From Horticoccus luteus (GTDB lineage Bacteria; Verrucomicrobiota; Verrucomicrobiia; Opitutales; Opitutaceae): DNA of 32,000 nucleotides. Location: contig NZ_CP080507.1 of NCBI RefSeq assembly GCF_019464535.1, positions 2,460,001 to 2,492,000 on the forward strand, given 5' to 3'. Made by a program: the position numbers and the translations under genes. The notes under the pieces were generated by a model. It searched no databases. It was given only the letters and a program-made list of their open reading frames with translations, and was not told the origin of the DNA. Positions 9,588-17,745 of the stretch are shown here, in pieces. Positions within the stretch are counted from its first letter, which is position 1; each line of letters opens with the position of its first letter.

Positions 9588-10952
9588 TCACCCCGCATCC
9601 AGCGGACTCCGCACGCCCAGCCCCGGCTTCTGCATCACATGCGTATAGATCTGCGTCGTCTCCACGCTCTGGTGGCCGAGTAGTTCCTGCACCGTGCGGA
9701 TATCGGTGCCCGCCTCCAGCAGATGCGTCGCAAACGAGTGCCGCAGCACATGCGGCGTCACGCGTTTCGTCATCCCCGCCGCGCCCGCCGCCTTGCGCAC
9801 CGCATTCTGGAACGTCCCGTCGAGGATATGATGTCGCCGCCGCCGCCCCGTCTCCGGGTCCTGCATGAATTCGCGCGACGGCCACAACCACTGCCACTCC
9901 CACGTCATCCCCGCCTTGGGATATTTCCGGGCCAGCCCTTCCGGCAACCACACTCCCGGCGCCTCCGCCGCCCGGTCCTCCGCGAAAATCTCCCGCAGTC
10001 GGGCCAGATGAGCCTCCAGTTTTTCCCGCAGCGATTCCGGCAGCACCGTCAGCCGGTCCTTGTCGCCTTTCCCGCCGTAAACTTTCAATTGCCCGCGCGC
10101 CAGATCCAGGTGGTGCACGCGCAGCCGCAGCAGTTCCATCAGCCGCAGTCCACTGCCATACATCACCTCCGCCATCAGCCGGTAGCCGCGCGGCAATTGG
10201 TCCAGCACCTGCCGCACCTCCGCCTTGCTCAACACTGTCGGTATTCTCTCGCGAGCGCGCGCGCGCCGAAAATCCATTTCCCCCAGATCCAGCCGCAACG
10301 CTTCCTGCATGAAGAACACCAGCGCATTGAGCGCCTGCTTCTGCGTGGACGGCGCTGCCCGTTGTTCCACCGCCAGCGCGGAGAGAAACGCCGCCACGTC
10401 GTCGCCCGACGCCGTCTGAGGCAGACGCGGGGCCAGGAACCGCGCGAACCGCGCCGCCCATGCCCGATACGTCTGCTCCGTGCGCCACAAAAATCCCTTG
10501 CGCCGGATGGCCGTGATCAACGCGCGCTCCCACTCCGCTCCGCCCTGATCCGCCGCCGCCAGCGGCGGCACGGCCGGCCCCGCTCCCGGCCCCGACCGCC
10601 GCGGGTTATCCGCCGGCCGTTGCTCCCCGACCTCCGGCGCCACAAACCCGCGCGCCGCCGGGCGCGTCTTGCCCGCCGCTCTGGCCGCCTTGAAGAGCCA
10701 GGCGAACGCCGCGCGCTCGGCCCGCCGCGCGTTCTCCGTCAAACCGGCACGCGCCAGATGCCAGCGGATGAAACCCGCCGACAGCGGCCGGCCCGTGGCT
10801 TTGCAAGCTCGCAACAATCCTAAAATTGCCCTGACATGCGCCTGCTTCACCTCCGCCGACCATGCGCTCGCCCCGTTCAACACTTCGCCCCACTCCGGAA
10901 ATGACACGATTTCGTCCAGCTTTTGCTCGGTGCGCTCGCCGGCTAAAGCCAT
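9588..10952 (-). CDS. intI: integron integrase (tyrosine recombinase, IntI family) with N-terminal extension
   Basis: Track ORF 9588..11051 starts at a TTG. The first ATG is 10952 (MALAGERTEQ...). The IntI-specific additional segment is present: WLPEGLARKYPKAGMTWEWQWLWPSREFMQDPETGRRRRHHI. Compare IntI1 as I recall it: [21 protein letters not shown]...RRHHM. Catalytic HVLRHSFATHLL, LLGHQSVETTQIYTHV, and the C-terminal GVRSPLD shared with IntI1. Divergent from a plus-strand cassette array. Confidence 0.9.
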   Translation of the reverse strand: MALAGERTEQKLDEIVSFPEWGEVLNGASAWSAEVKQAHVRAILGLLRACKATGRPLSAGFIRWHLARAGLTENARRAERAAFAWLFKAARAAGKTRPAARGFVAPEVGEQRPADNPRRSGPGAGPAVPPLAAADQGGAEWERALITAIRRKGFLWRTEQTYRAWAARFARFLAPRLPQTASGDDVAAFLSALAVEQRAAPSTQKQALNALVFFMQEALRLDLGEMDFRRARARERIPTVLSKAEVRQVLDQLPRGYRLMAEVMYGSGLRLMELLRLRVHHLDLARGQLKVYGGKGDKDRLTVLPESLREKLEAHLARLREIFAEDRAAEAPGVWLPEGLARKYPKAGMTWEWQWLWPSREFMQDPETGRRRRHHILDGTFQNAVRKAAGAAGMTKRVTPHVLRHSFATHLLEAGTDIRTVQELLGHQSVETTQIYTHVMQKPGLGVRSPLDAG

Positions 10953-11143
10953 ACTACCAGTGTGGCTTTTACGCGGCCCCGAGCAATCCGATTCCCAAGG
11001 TTTCGCCGCCGACCGACCGCCGTCGCATGAAATCAAACCACGACGACACAACGGCTAACCGAGTTTCCGTTCCCCACCTCAACTGCAACCCCCGCTCTCG
11101 TTCAGCTCTGGCATTGCCACACTGAGTATGGGCGAATAACACT

Positions 11144-11150
11144 GTTCGGC
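11144..11150 (+). other. attI-side recombination core G|TTCGGC (start of cassette 1)
   Basis: GTTCGGC fits GTTRRRY apart from its fourth base (C). TTCGGC is the exact reverse complement of the R'' box GCCGAA(C) at 11496-11502 at the end of the same cassette. It lies ~190 bp upstream of the intI start in a lower-GC intergenic region. Confidence 0.65.
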
Positions 11151-11161
11151 AAAAGCTTCGC

Positions 11162-11491
11162 ATGGCTACGAATCTTCCAAAGCAGAATTGGCTGGCTGAC
11201 GGCAACGAGACGCCGATTCAAGAGGGCTTCCTGGTCGGAGATCGGAAAGGTCTCGAGACGTTGCGTGCAGCGATCGATCGAGCCCTCGCGGAGGGCGAAG
11301 GCGACATTCGCGAGCTGCGATCGCCGTGGTCGCACGTCCATCTTGCTGCGCAGCATCCCGAAGAAGAGCAGAGTCAGCATGATCGTTCATTGAAGGGAAA
11401 GATCGGAAAGTATGTCGCTCTGACGGTGGTCGGACTTGCGTTCTTTTTTGGAATTTACGGATGCGCTCACTTCCTTGGGGCGTTCAGATGA
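11162..11491 (+). CDS. cassette ORF, hypothetical protein with C-terminal TM helix
   Basis: 109-aa ORF with ATG 12 nt after the core site. C-terminal YVALTVVGLAFFFGIYGCAHFLGAF. The stop lies 4 nt before the R'' box. Confidence 0.6.
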   Translation: MATNLPKQNWLADGNETPIQEGFLVGDRKGLETLRAAIDRALAEGEGDIRELRSPWSHVHLAAQHPEEEQSQHDRSLKGKIGKYVALTVVGLAFFFGIYGCAHFLGAFR

Positions 11492-11495
11492 AAAG

Positions 11496-11550
11496 GCCGA
11501 ACTCTGAGCGTTCTGCTGCGCCGTAGCGCGCAGCGGGACGCGGGTTGAAC
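11496..11550 (+). other. 55-bp attC-like imperfect palindrome (copy 1 of 5)
   Basis: GCCGAAC-TCTGAGCGTTCT-GCTGCGC-CGTAGC-GCGCAGC-GGGACGCGG-GTTGAAC. The outer boxes fit RYYYAAC (fourth base G in this copy) and GTTRRRY. Perfect 7-bp central stem plus GCGT/ACGC. Confidence 0.7.
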
Positions 11551-11588
11551 AAGCCCGTTTCGGAGGCGTCCGCGGTTCCGTCCGCCGC

Positions 11589-12992
11589 TTATGCGTTTTG
11601 TATTGGCCGCCAACCGCCGACGGGCGGAGCGCCGGACGGCGGCATCCTTCGCCGCGCGCGGGCGCGCGTGCCGGTGGCGTCTGTTTTCGCCCGCCGAGAG
11701 GGTGTCCGCCACCCGTCACCGGGCTCGCGAGCCGTCTTGCGTCCGTCGCGGCCAAGGCTGCCGCCGGCGGCACGGGGTGCGGGCCGCAATAATATAATAA
11801 GTTGGTCCCTGGTCCTTATACTCATCGCGTGCAGAGGGGCGGCGCCCGGGCCTGCCGCGGCAGCGTGCCCACGCGCACGAGCGTGAACCGTTCGCAGTGC
11901 GGGCAGCGCAAGTGCCAGCGCGGCGCCTCCGGCGGCGGCGCCGCGAGCACGATCGGCTTTTGCAGCAGCGTTTGTGTCCGTTGGCGCCCCGAGGGCACCC
12001 GCCACCGGCCAGCCCTTCGGGCCAACGCCTGCGGCGTTGCCATCTCCGCGCTGTCGCGCTACGTCCACCGTCATCCGGCGGGCGTGCGCCGCCGGGTGCA
12101 GCCAGCCGAAGTAACGCACGCGATGCTGGCCGGCCGGCGGCACGTGCTGCAAATACCGCCGCAGGAACTCTTCCGCGCCGAGCGTGCACTGCCGCCGCTG
12201 CTGCGTCTTCGTGTCGGTATAGTTAAACACCACGCGTTCGTCATCGGCGACGACGAGGCGCTCGTCGCTGATCGCAGTGCGGCTGACGTAGCGCGCGAGA
12301 TAGCGCACGACCGCCTCGCCGCTGCCGGCCGGCTGGCAGTGCACGACCCAACGGCTCCGCCACGTGCCGGCCGGAATCGAAGCGTGCCGCGCCGAAGCGC
12401 TCGCGCGCAGCACCGCCTCCATCCGCCCGCGAAACACTGCCGCCAGCTTCGCCACCGGCAGCAGCCAGTCGCGTTGCCGCGCGTTCACCCATTTATTGCC
12501 GTCGGCGCTGAGCCCGCCGCCGGGCACGATATAATGCACGTGCGGATGATGCTGGAGCTGCCGGCCCCAGGTGTGCAGCACGCCGACGAAGCCGAGTTCC
12601 GCACCGAGCAACCGCCGCTCCGCCGCGACTTGTTGCAACGTCGCCGCGCTCTCGCGGAAGAGCCGGTCGTGCATCAACGCCGGCTCGGCGGCGAAGACCG
12701 CGCGCAGTTCCTGCGGCACGGTGAACGTCACCAAAAAATACGGCACCGGCAGCAGCCGCGCCTCCTGCTGCGCCGTCCACGCCGCGGTGCGCTCGCCGCC
12801 GCAGCGCGGGCAAGCGCGATGGTGACAACTGTGATACGCGAAGTCCGTGCCCGCGCACTCCGTGCAGCGATACACGTGCCCGCCCAAGGCGGGCGTGCGG
12901 CAGCAGCGGATCGCTGCGAGCGCGCGCCGCGCCCGCGGCGCGCAATGCTCCGGCACGCGGGCGCGCGCCAGCCAGTCGGCGAGCACCGACAC
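11589..12992 (-). CDS. tnpA: IS91-family (HUH-Y2) transposase, C-terminus frameshifted relative to copy 3
   Basis: GTG start 3 nt after the recombinase stop. N-terminal zinc-binding region CRTPALGGHVYRCTECAGTDFAYHSCHHRACPRCG, HUH HPHVHYIVPGGG, Y2 motif VVRYLARYVSRTAISDERL. After ...AAHARRMTV the ORF leaves the frame that encodes the conserved CPHC zinc ribbon (that frame is ORF 11822..12043). The last ~110 residues as drawn are Ala/Arg/Gly-rich read-through. Confidence 0.75.
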   Translation of the reverse strand: MSVLADWLARARVPEHCAPRARRALAAIRCCRTPALGGHVYRCTECAGTDFAYHSCHHRACPRCGGERTAAWTAQQEARLLPVPYFLVTFTVPQELRAVFAAEPALMHDRLFRESAATLQQVAAERRLLGAELGFVGVLHTWGRQLQHHPHVHYIVPGGGLSADGNKWVNARQRDWLLPVAKLAAVFRGRMEAVLRASASARHASIPAGTWRSRWVVHCQPAGSGEAVVRYLARYVSRTAISDERLVVADDERVVFNYTDTKTQQRRQCTLGAEEFLRRYLQHVPPAGQHRVRYFGWLHPAAHARRMTVDVARQRGDGNAAGVGPKGWPVAGALGAPTDTNAAAKADRARGAAAGGAALALALPALRTVHARARGHAAAAGPGAAPLHAMSIRTRDQLIILLRPAPRAAGGSLGRDGRKTAREPGDGWRTPSRRAKTDATGTRARARRRMPPSGAPPVGGWRPIQNA

Positions 12993-12995
12993 CGG

Positions 12996-13961
12996 TCAGC
13001 GTGGTTCGAGCAACCGCGCGACCGCCGCGCGAGCGTGGCTCTCGTTGACCGCCGTCAGATGCGTATAGATCAACGTCGTCTCCAGCGAAGCGTGCCCCAG
13101 ATACGCCGAGATCAGCCGGATCGACACGCCCTCCTCGAGCAGATGCGTCGCATACGAATGCCGCAGCGTATGCACCACCGTGCCCGCCGGCAGCCGCGCC
13201 TCGGTCCGCGCCACCCGCAGGCAATGCTGCACCGAACCCACGCCCAGCGGCTCGACGGCGGCGGCCAGGTGCGCCCCGCGCGCCGGTTGCTCGCGCCAGC
13301 CGCGGCCGACCCCCGGGAAAATCCACCGCGGATGCCGGTGCGTCCGCCAGAACGCGCGCAACTCGTGCAACATCGCCTCCGGCAGCGGCACGTAGCGCTC
13401 CTTGTTGCCCTTCGCCTCGCGGATATGCACGCGGCCCGCTTCGCGCAGATCGCGCACCTCCAGGTTGACCGCCTCGCCGATGCGCAATCCGCACGCGTAG
13501 ATCAACCGCAGCAGTGTGCGGAAACGCGGCACCCGCACCACCGCGAACAGCCGCGCCACCTCTGCCCGCGTGAGCACGGTGGGAAGTTTTTGCGCTGACG
13601 GTGAGCGCACCAGATCGAACAGCTTCCAGTCGCGCCCGAGGTGCACGCCGAAGTAGGCCCGCATCGCCGCCACCGCGGTTCGCATCGACGAGGGCGAGTA
13701 GTGGTGTTCGTCCTTCAACCGCAGCAGATGCGCGCGGACCGCGGCCTCATCGAGCGCGGCCGGATCGCCCCCGTGGCGCGCCGCCAGCTTGCGGACAAAC
13801 CGCAGATACTCGGCCTGCGTCGCCGCCGCCAGCGAACGCAGCCGCATCGTCTCCGCGAAACGCTGCACCGACTCCGGATCGGGTGCGTGGATCTTCCTGG
13901 CGCCACCCCGCAGCGTGGACGCGTGCGTGGACTCTCTTCCCGTCGATTTTGATTTGGGCAT
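12996..13961 (-). CDS. tyrosine recombinase/integrase (element-borne)
   Basis: 321 aa with ATG at 13961. Catalytic constellation visible: GLRIGEA (R), KGNKERY (K), [12 protein letters not shown] (HxxR), LGHAS (H), LIYTHL (Y). SAM-like N-terminal domain ([13 protein letters not shown]). Confidence 0.88.
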   Translation of the reverse strand: MPKSKSTGRESTHASTLRGGARKIHAPDPESVQRFAETMRLRSLAAATQAEYLRFVRKLAARHGGDPAALDEAAVRAHLLRLKDEHHYSPSSMRTAVAAMRAYFGVHLGRDWKLFDLVRSPSAQKLPTVLTRAEVARLFAVVRVPRFRTLLRLIYACGLRIGEAVNLEVRDLREAGRVHIREAKGNKERYVPLPEAMLHELRAFWRTHRHPRWIFPGVGRGWREQPARGAHLAAAVEPLGVGSVQHCLRVARTEARLPAGTVVHTLRHSYATHLLEEGVSIRLISAYLGHASLETTLIYTHLTAVNESHARAAVARLLEPR

Positions 13962-14062
13962 AGACCCGCAGCCTTGCCAGCCACCGCCCTCCCGCCCATC
14001 CTTCCGCTCGTGCCCCGCCCCGCACTATATACACCCGCTCACCCCCGCCGCGCAGCGGCTTG

Positions 14063-14154
14063 GTTCAACCAGTCGCTACAGCGCAACGCCTCGACGGGGT
14101 CCGTTTCGAGTTTGGAGTCGCCAGCTCGGCGTGGCTGACCAGTGATCGTTGGGC
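14063..14154 (+). other. attC-type site (92 bp) GTTCAAC-CAG...GATC-GTTGGGC
   Basis: R''-like GTTCAAC (or native AAC only, see findings), imperfectly complementary arms, R' GTTGGGC at 14148-14154 followed 8 nt later by the next cassette's ATG. Confidence 0.65.
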
Positions 14155-14162
14155 AAAGAAAG

Positions 14163-14618
14163 ATGAGCACCATTTCGGTTACGCGCATCGCTGCGAATTT
14201 TAAGCCGACCGTGAATTATCCGCGGCTCGCGCTCGTGCACGATGGCCGGCGAGCACTCCTTTATTTCACTGGCCGACGGCAGCGCGGCGCCGAAGAAGAA
14301 AGAGCCGTCGCGGTATTCGAGGGCTGCTTGGCATCGCGGTTCGGTTACCCGAACGATGAAGCCCTGCCGGGTCATCCGCTGTATCGCTACGGTCTCGGCG
14401 ATTATGATTTCTTTGAAGTTTCGTCATCTCCGTGGATGGAAGAAGTCAGAGCCCAGAATCGCGTGTCATTCCCAAAGTTCGACATGCCTGCCAGAAAGCA
14501 TTTCATCGTGACCGCTCACGACGAAAGTTTTGAGTGCCTCGCAGATTCGGTAGCCGTTCATCCAGCATCCTCTTTTCCAGTTGAGCATTTGGCTCCACGT
14601 ATTTCCGCCGTCGAATGA
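14163..14618 (+). CDS. cassette ORF, hypothetical protein
   Basis: Track ORF 14142..14618 starts at a GTG inside the core site. ATG 14163 is preferred (MSTISVTRIAANFK...). 151 aa. Cassette start TTGGGC (14149) is complementary to R'' GCCCAAC (14623). Confidence 0.6.
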   Translation: MSTISVTRIAANFKPTVNYPRLALVHDGRRALLYFTGRRQRGAEEERAVAVFEGCLASRFGYPNDEALPGHPLYRYGLGDYDFFEVSSSPWMEEVRAQNRVSFPKFDMPARKHFIVTAHDESFECLADSVAVHPASSFPVEHLAPRISAVE

Positions 14619-14622
14619 AAAG

Positions 14623-14677
14623 GCCCAACTCTGAGCGTTCTGCTGCGCCGTAGCGCGCAGCGGGACGCGGGTTGAAC
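14623..14677 (+). other. 55-bp attC-like imperfect palindrome (copy 2 of 5)
   Basis: GCCCAAC...GTTGAAC, identical core to copy 1. Confidence 0.7.
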
Positions 14678-14715
14678 AAGCCCATTTCGAACGCGTCCGC
14701 GGTTCCGTCCGCCGC

Positions 14716-16119
14716 TTATGCGTTTTGTAGTGGCCGCCGACCGCCGATGGGCGGAGCGCCGGACGGCGGTATCCTTCGCCGGTCGCGGGCGCACGTGCCG
14801 GTAGCGTCTGTTTTCGTCCGCCGAGAGGGTGCCCGCCACCCTTCACCGGGCTCGCGAGCCGTCTTGCGTCGGTCGCGGCCAAGGCTGCCGCCGGCGGCAC
14901 GGGGAGCGAGTCGCAATAATATAAGAAGTTGGTCCCTGATCTTTATACTCATCGCTGGCAAAGGGGCGGCGCTCGCGCCTGCCGCGGCAGCGTGCCCACG
15001 CGCACGAGCGTGAAGCGTTCGCAGTGCGGACAACGCAAGTGCCAGCGCGGCGCCTCCGGCGGCGGCGCCGCGAGCACGATCGGCTTTTGCAGCAGCGTTT
15101 GTGTCCGTTGGCGCCCCGAGGGCACCCGCCATCGGCCAGCCCTTCGGGCCAACGCCTGCGGCGTTGCCATCTCCGCGCTGTCGCGCTACGTCCACCGTCA
15201 TCCGGCGGGCGTGCGCCGCCGGGTGCAACCAGCCGAAGTAACGCACGCGATGCTGGCCGGCCGGCGGCACGTGCTGCAAATACCGCCGCAGGAACTCTTC
15301 CGCGCCGAGCGTGCACTGCCGCCGCTGCTGCGTCTTCGTGTCGGTATAGTTAAACACCACGCGTTCGTCATCGGCGACGACGAGGCGCTCGTCGCTGATC
15401 GCAGTGCGGCTGACGTAGCGCGCGAGATAGCGCACGACCGCCTCGCCGCTGCCGGCCGGCTGGCAGTGCACGACCCAACGGCTCCGCCACGTGCCGGCCG
15501 GAATCGAAGCGTGCCGCGCCGGAGCGCTCGCGCGCAGCACCGCCTCCATCCGCCCGCGAAACACTGCCGCCAGCTTCGCCACCGGCAGCAGCCAGTCGCG
15601 TTGCCGCGCGTTCACCCATTTTTTGCCGTCGGGGCTGAGCCCGCCGCCGGGCACGATATAATGCACGTGCGGATGATGCTGGAGCTGCCGGCCCCAGGTG
15701 TGCAGCACGCCGACGAAGCCGAGTTCCGCACCGAGCAACCGCCGCTCCGCCGCGACTTGTTGCAACGTCGCCGCGCTCTCGCGGAAGAGCCGGTCGTGCA
15801 TCAACGCCGGCTCGGCGGCGAAGACCGCGCGCAGTTCCTGTGGCACGGTGAACGTCACCAAAAAATACGGCACCGGCAGCAGCCGCGCCTCCTGCTGCGC
15901 CGTCCACGCCGCGGTGCGCTCGCCGCCGCAGCGCGGACACGCCCGATGGTGACAACTGTGATACGCGAAGTCCGTGCCCGCGCACTCCGTGCAGCGATAC
16001 AAGTGCCCGCCCAAGGCGGGCGTGCGGCAGCGGCGGATCGCTGCGAGCGCGCGCCGCGCCCGCGGCGCGCAACGCTCCGGCACGCGGGCGCGCGCCAGCC
16101 AGTCGGCGAGCACCGACAC
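14716..16119 (-). CDS. tnpA: IS91-family (HUH-Y2) transposase, same frameshifted C-terminus as copy 1
   Basis: 467-aa ORF near-identical to 11589..12992. The zinc-ribbon C-terminus is in another frame (ORF 14949..15170). Confidence 0.75.
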   Translation of the reverse strand: MSVLADWLARARVPERCAPRARRALAAIRRCRTPALGGHLYRCTECAGTDFAYHSCHHRACPRCGGERTAAWTAQQEARLLPVPYFLVTFTVPQELRAVFAAEPALMHDRLFRESAATLQQVAAERRLLGAELGFVGVLHTWGRQLQHHPHVHYIVPGGGLSPDGKKWVNARQRDWLLPVAKLAAVFRGRMEAVLRASAPARHASIPAGTWRSRWVVHCQPAGSGEAVVRYLARYVSRTAISDERLVVADDERVVFNYTDTKTQQRRQCTLGAEEFLRRYLQHVPPAGQHRVRYFGWLHPAAHARRMTVDVARQRGDGNAAGVGPKGWPMAGALGAPTDTNAAAKADRARGAAAGGAALALALSALRTLHARARGHAAAAGASAAPLPAMSIKIRDQLLILLRLAPRAAGGSLGRDRRKTAREPGEGWRAPSRRTKTDATGTCARDRRRIPPSGAPPIGGRRPLQNA

Positions 16120-16122
16120 CGG

Positions 16123-17088
16123 TCAGCGTGGTTCGAGCAACCGCGCGACCGCCGCGCGAGCGTGGCTCTCGTTGACCGCCGTCAGATGCGTATAGATCAA
16201 CGTCGTCTCCAGCGAAGCGTGCCCCAGATACGCCGAGATCAGCCGGATCGACACGCCCTCCTCGAGCAGATGTGTCGCATACGAATGCCGCAGCGTATGC
16301 ACCACCGTGCCCGCCGGCAGCCGCGCCTCGGTCCGCGCCAGCCGCAGGCAATGCTGCACCGAGCCCACGCCCAGCGGCTCGACGGCGGCCGCCAGTTGCG
16401 CCGCACGCGCCGGTTGCTCGCGCCAGCCGCGGCCGACCCCCGGGAAAATCCACCGCGGATGCCGGTGCGTCCGCCAGAACGCGCGCAACTCGTGCAACAT
16501 CGCCTCCGGCAGCGGCACATAACGCTCCTTGTTGCCCTTCGCCTCGCGGATATGCACGCGACCCGCCTCGCGCAGATCGCGCACCTCCAGGTTGACCGCC
16601 TCGCCGATGCGCAATCCGCACGCGTAGATCAACCGCAGCAGCGTGCGAAACCGCGGCACCCGCACGACCGCGAACAGCCGCGCCACCTCTGCCCGCGTGA
16701 GCACGGTGGGAAGTTTTTGCGCTGACGGTGAGCGCACCAGATCGAACAGCTTCCAGTCGCACCCGAGGTGCACGCCGAAGTAAGCCCGCATCGCCGCCAC
16801 TGCGGTTCGCATCGACGAAGGCGAGTAGTGGTGTTCGTCCTTCAACCGCAGCAGATGCGCGCGGACCGCGGCCTCCTCGAGCGCGGCCGGATCGCCCCCG
16901 TGGCGCGCCGCCAGCTTGCGGACAAACCGCAGATACTCGGCCTGCGTCGCCGCCGCCAGCGAACGCAGCCGCATCGTCTCCGCGAAACGCTGCACCGACT
17001 CCGGATCGGGTGCGTGGATCTTCCTGGCGCCACCCCGGAGCGTGGACGCGTGCGTGGACTCTCTTCCCGTCGATTTTGATTTGGGCAT
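16123..17088 (-). CDS. tyrosine recombinase/integrase (element-borne)
   Basis: Track ORF 16123..17145, trimmed to ATG 17088 ([11 protein letters not shown]...) by homology with copies 1 and 3. Confidence 0.88.
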   Translation of the reverse strand: MPKSKSTGRESTHASTLRGGARKIHAPDPESVQRFAETMRLRSLAAATQAEYLRFVRKLAARHGGDPAALEEAAVRAHLLRLKDEHHYSPSSMRTAVAAMRAYFGVHLGCDWKLFDLVRSPSAQKLPTVLTRAEVARLFAVVRVPRFRTLLRLIYACGLRIGEAVNLEVRDLREAGRVHIREAKGNKERYVPLPEAMLHELRAFWRTHRHPRWIFPGVGRGWREQPARAAQLAAAVEPLGVGSVQHCLRLARTEARLPAGTVVHTLRHSYATHLLEEGVSIRLISAYLGHASLETTLIYTHLTAVNESHARAAVARLLEPR

Positions 17089-17189
17089 AGACCCGCAGCC
17101 TTGCCAGCCACCGCACTCCCGCCCATCCTTTCGCCCGTGCCCCACTCCGCACTATATACACCCGCCCACCCCCGCCGCGCAGCGGCTTG

Positions 17190-17255
17190 GTTCAACCAGG
17201 CGGCACAGCCAACGCCGGGGCTGCGCCCCAGCGTGGCTGACTGCTGACGATGGGC
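17190..17255 (+). other. attC-type site (66 bp) GTTCAAC-CAG...GAC-GATGGGC
   Basis: Arms CAGGCGGCACAGCCAACGCCGGGG / CCCCAGCGTGGCTGACTGCTG are imperfectly complementary with bulges. Closely related to the intact attC at 17673-17739. Confidence 0.7.
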
Positions 17256-17263
17256 GAGGAAAG

Positions 17264-17665
17264 ATGATCTCAGCGATACGCACCGCCTTTCGCACTTGGA
17301 CTCCGTGGGAGGAAGCTCTCACGAGTGCCGTGCTTTCAAAGCTTGGTCCCAAGACGCAGAGCATACTTCGCACGCAGCTCGCCGCCGTGAATAAGGTTCA
17401 GCGCATCCTCGGCTGGCGGGAGATCGACCTCTACGTGAAGAAGAAAGGAAGAGTTGATCGAAGCGGTCTGCCGACTCTCTTTGATGATCGTGAGTTTGTG
17501 CTAGCGAAGGCGGTCACGAAGGTGGACGGAGTGAAATTTTATACGACGGTCACCTGCGTCGGCGGCTATTTGTTTTCGTTCGAGAGCGACACGGAAGTTC
17601 GTCGCTTCGCATTCCGAGATGATTGCGAGATTGAGGTGCTAGAGTTTGATTCCCGCTACGCATGA
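17264..17665 (+). CDS. cassette ORF, hypothetical protein
   Basis: Track ORF 16916..17665, trimmed to ATG 17264 (MISAIRTAFRTW...), 8 nt after core G|ATGGGC. 133 aa. The upstream part of the track ORF is antisense read-through of the mobile unit. Confidence 0.6.
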   Translation: MISAIRTAFRTWTPWEEALTSAVLSKLGPKTQSILRTQLAAVNKVQRILGWREIDLYVKKKGRVDRSGLPTLFDDREFVLAKAVTKVDGVKFYTTVTCVGGYLFSFESDTEVRRFAFRDDCEIEVLEFDSRYA

Positions 17666-17672
17666 AAACGGA

Positions 17673-17739
17673 GCCCATCCAGAGCATCACAGACAACGGC
17701 CGGGCTGCGCCCGGTCGTGTCTGACTGCTGACGTTAGGC
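17673..17739 (+). other. uninterrupted attC (67 bp) GCCCATC-CAG...GAC-GTTAGGC
   Basis: R'' GCCCATC is the complement of this cassette's start (G)ATGGGC. Arms CAGAGCATCACAGACAACGGCCGGG / CCCGGTCGTGTCTGACTGCTG pair with bulges. R' GTTAGGC. This is the only cassette junction in the array without foreign DNA. Confidence 0.8.
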
Positions 17740-17745
17740 AAAGAA

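Larger units (their letters stand above)
11503..14069 (-). mobile_element. IS91-family element with associated tyrosine recombinase, copy 1 (2567-bp near-identical block)
   Basis: Maximal block shared with 14630-17196 and 18118-20593. The leftmost ~48 bp may instead be the 3' half of the upstream cassette's attC (alternative left boundary G|TT at 11544/11545). The right end is GGCTTGGTTCAAC. Confidence 0.75.
14630..17196 (-). mobile_element. IS91-family element with associated tyrosine recombinase, copy 2 (2567 bp)
   Basis: Same length and junction sequences as copy 1. The predicted proteins differ from copy 1 at only a few residues. Confidence 0.75.

Noticed and set aside
9029-9868. Plus-strand ORFs 9029..9394 and 9452..9868 (Pro/Ser-rich, repeated PSGFKFQPSGFPPPS)
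   Set aside because: The periodic peptide simply mirrors the DNA tandem repeat. The start codons are not conserved between units and there are no homology features.
9517-10533. 338-aa minus-strand ORF overlapping intI in another frame
   Set aside because: It lies entirely within the intI coding region, and the intI frame carries the recombinase motifs. The composition is Gly/Ala-rich.
11496-11550. The 55-bp palindrome as a Rho-independent terminator or tRNA-like gene (GGTTGAACAAGCC resembles a T-arm)
   Set aside because: No T-tract follows the stem on either strand. There is no acceptor stem or anticodon arm and no CCA context. The RYYYAAC/GTTRRRY-type boxes and the position at cassette ends fit an attC-like recombination or mobile-element structure better.
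11387-11773. Conserved 128-aa minus-strand ORF (MPPAAALAATDARRLASPV...) and siblings 14466..14900 and 18113..18388 in the GC-rich arm of each unit
   Set aside because: They are conserved only because the units are near-identical at the DNA level. The composition is Ala/Arg/Pro/Gly-rich, and the ORF extends across the junction into the palindrome and into differing cassette flanks, so the C-terminal (downstream) parts differ between copies. I treat the region as non-coding, but a small protein cannot be excluded.
11802-13598. 598-aa plus-strand ORF (and its twins 14929..16725 and 18512..20476, plus minus-strand 15368..17161 and 12493..13494) covering the IS91 units
   Set aside because: These are Arg/Ala/Pro/His-rich low-complexity translations lying antisense to, or out of frame with, genes that have clear catalytic motifs. 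They are typical high-GC shadow ORFs. They recur only because the DNA is repeated.
13962-14062. Sigma70-type promoter for the element recombinase built from TTGAAC (in the terminal repeat) and TATATA (14027-14032, minus strand)
   Set aside because: The spacing between the two hexamers is ~31 nt, far from the 16-18 nt needed, so the TATAC-containing motif is more likely an element-end feature than a -10 box paired with that -35.
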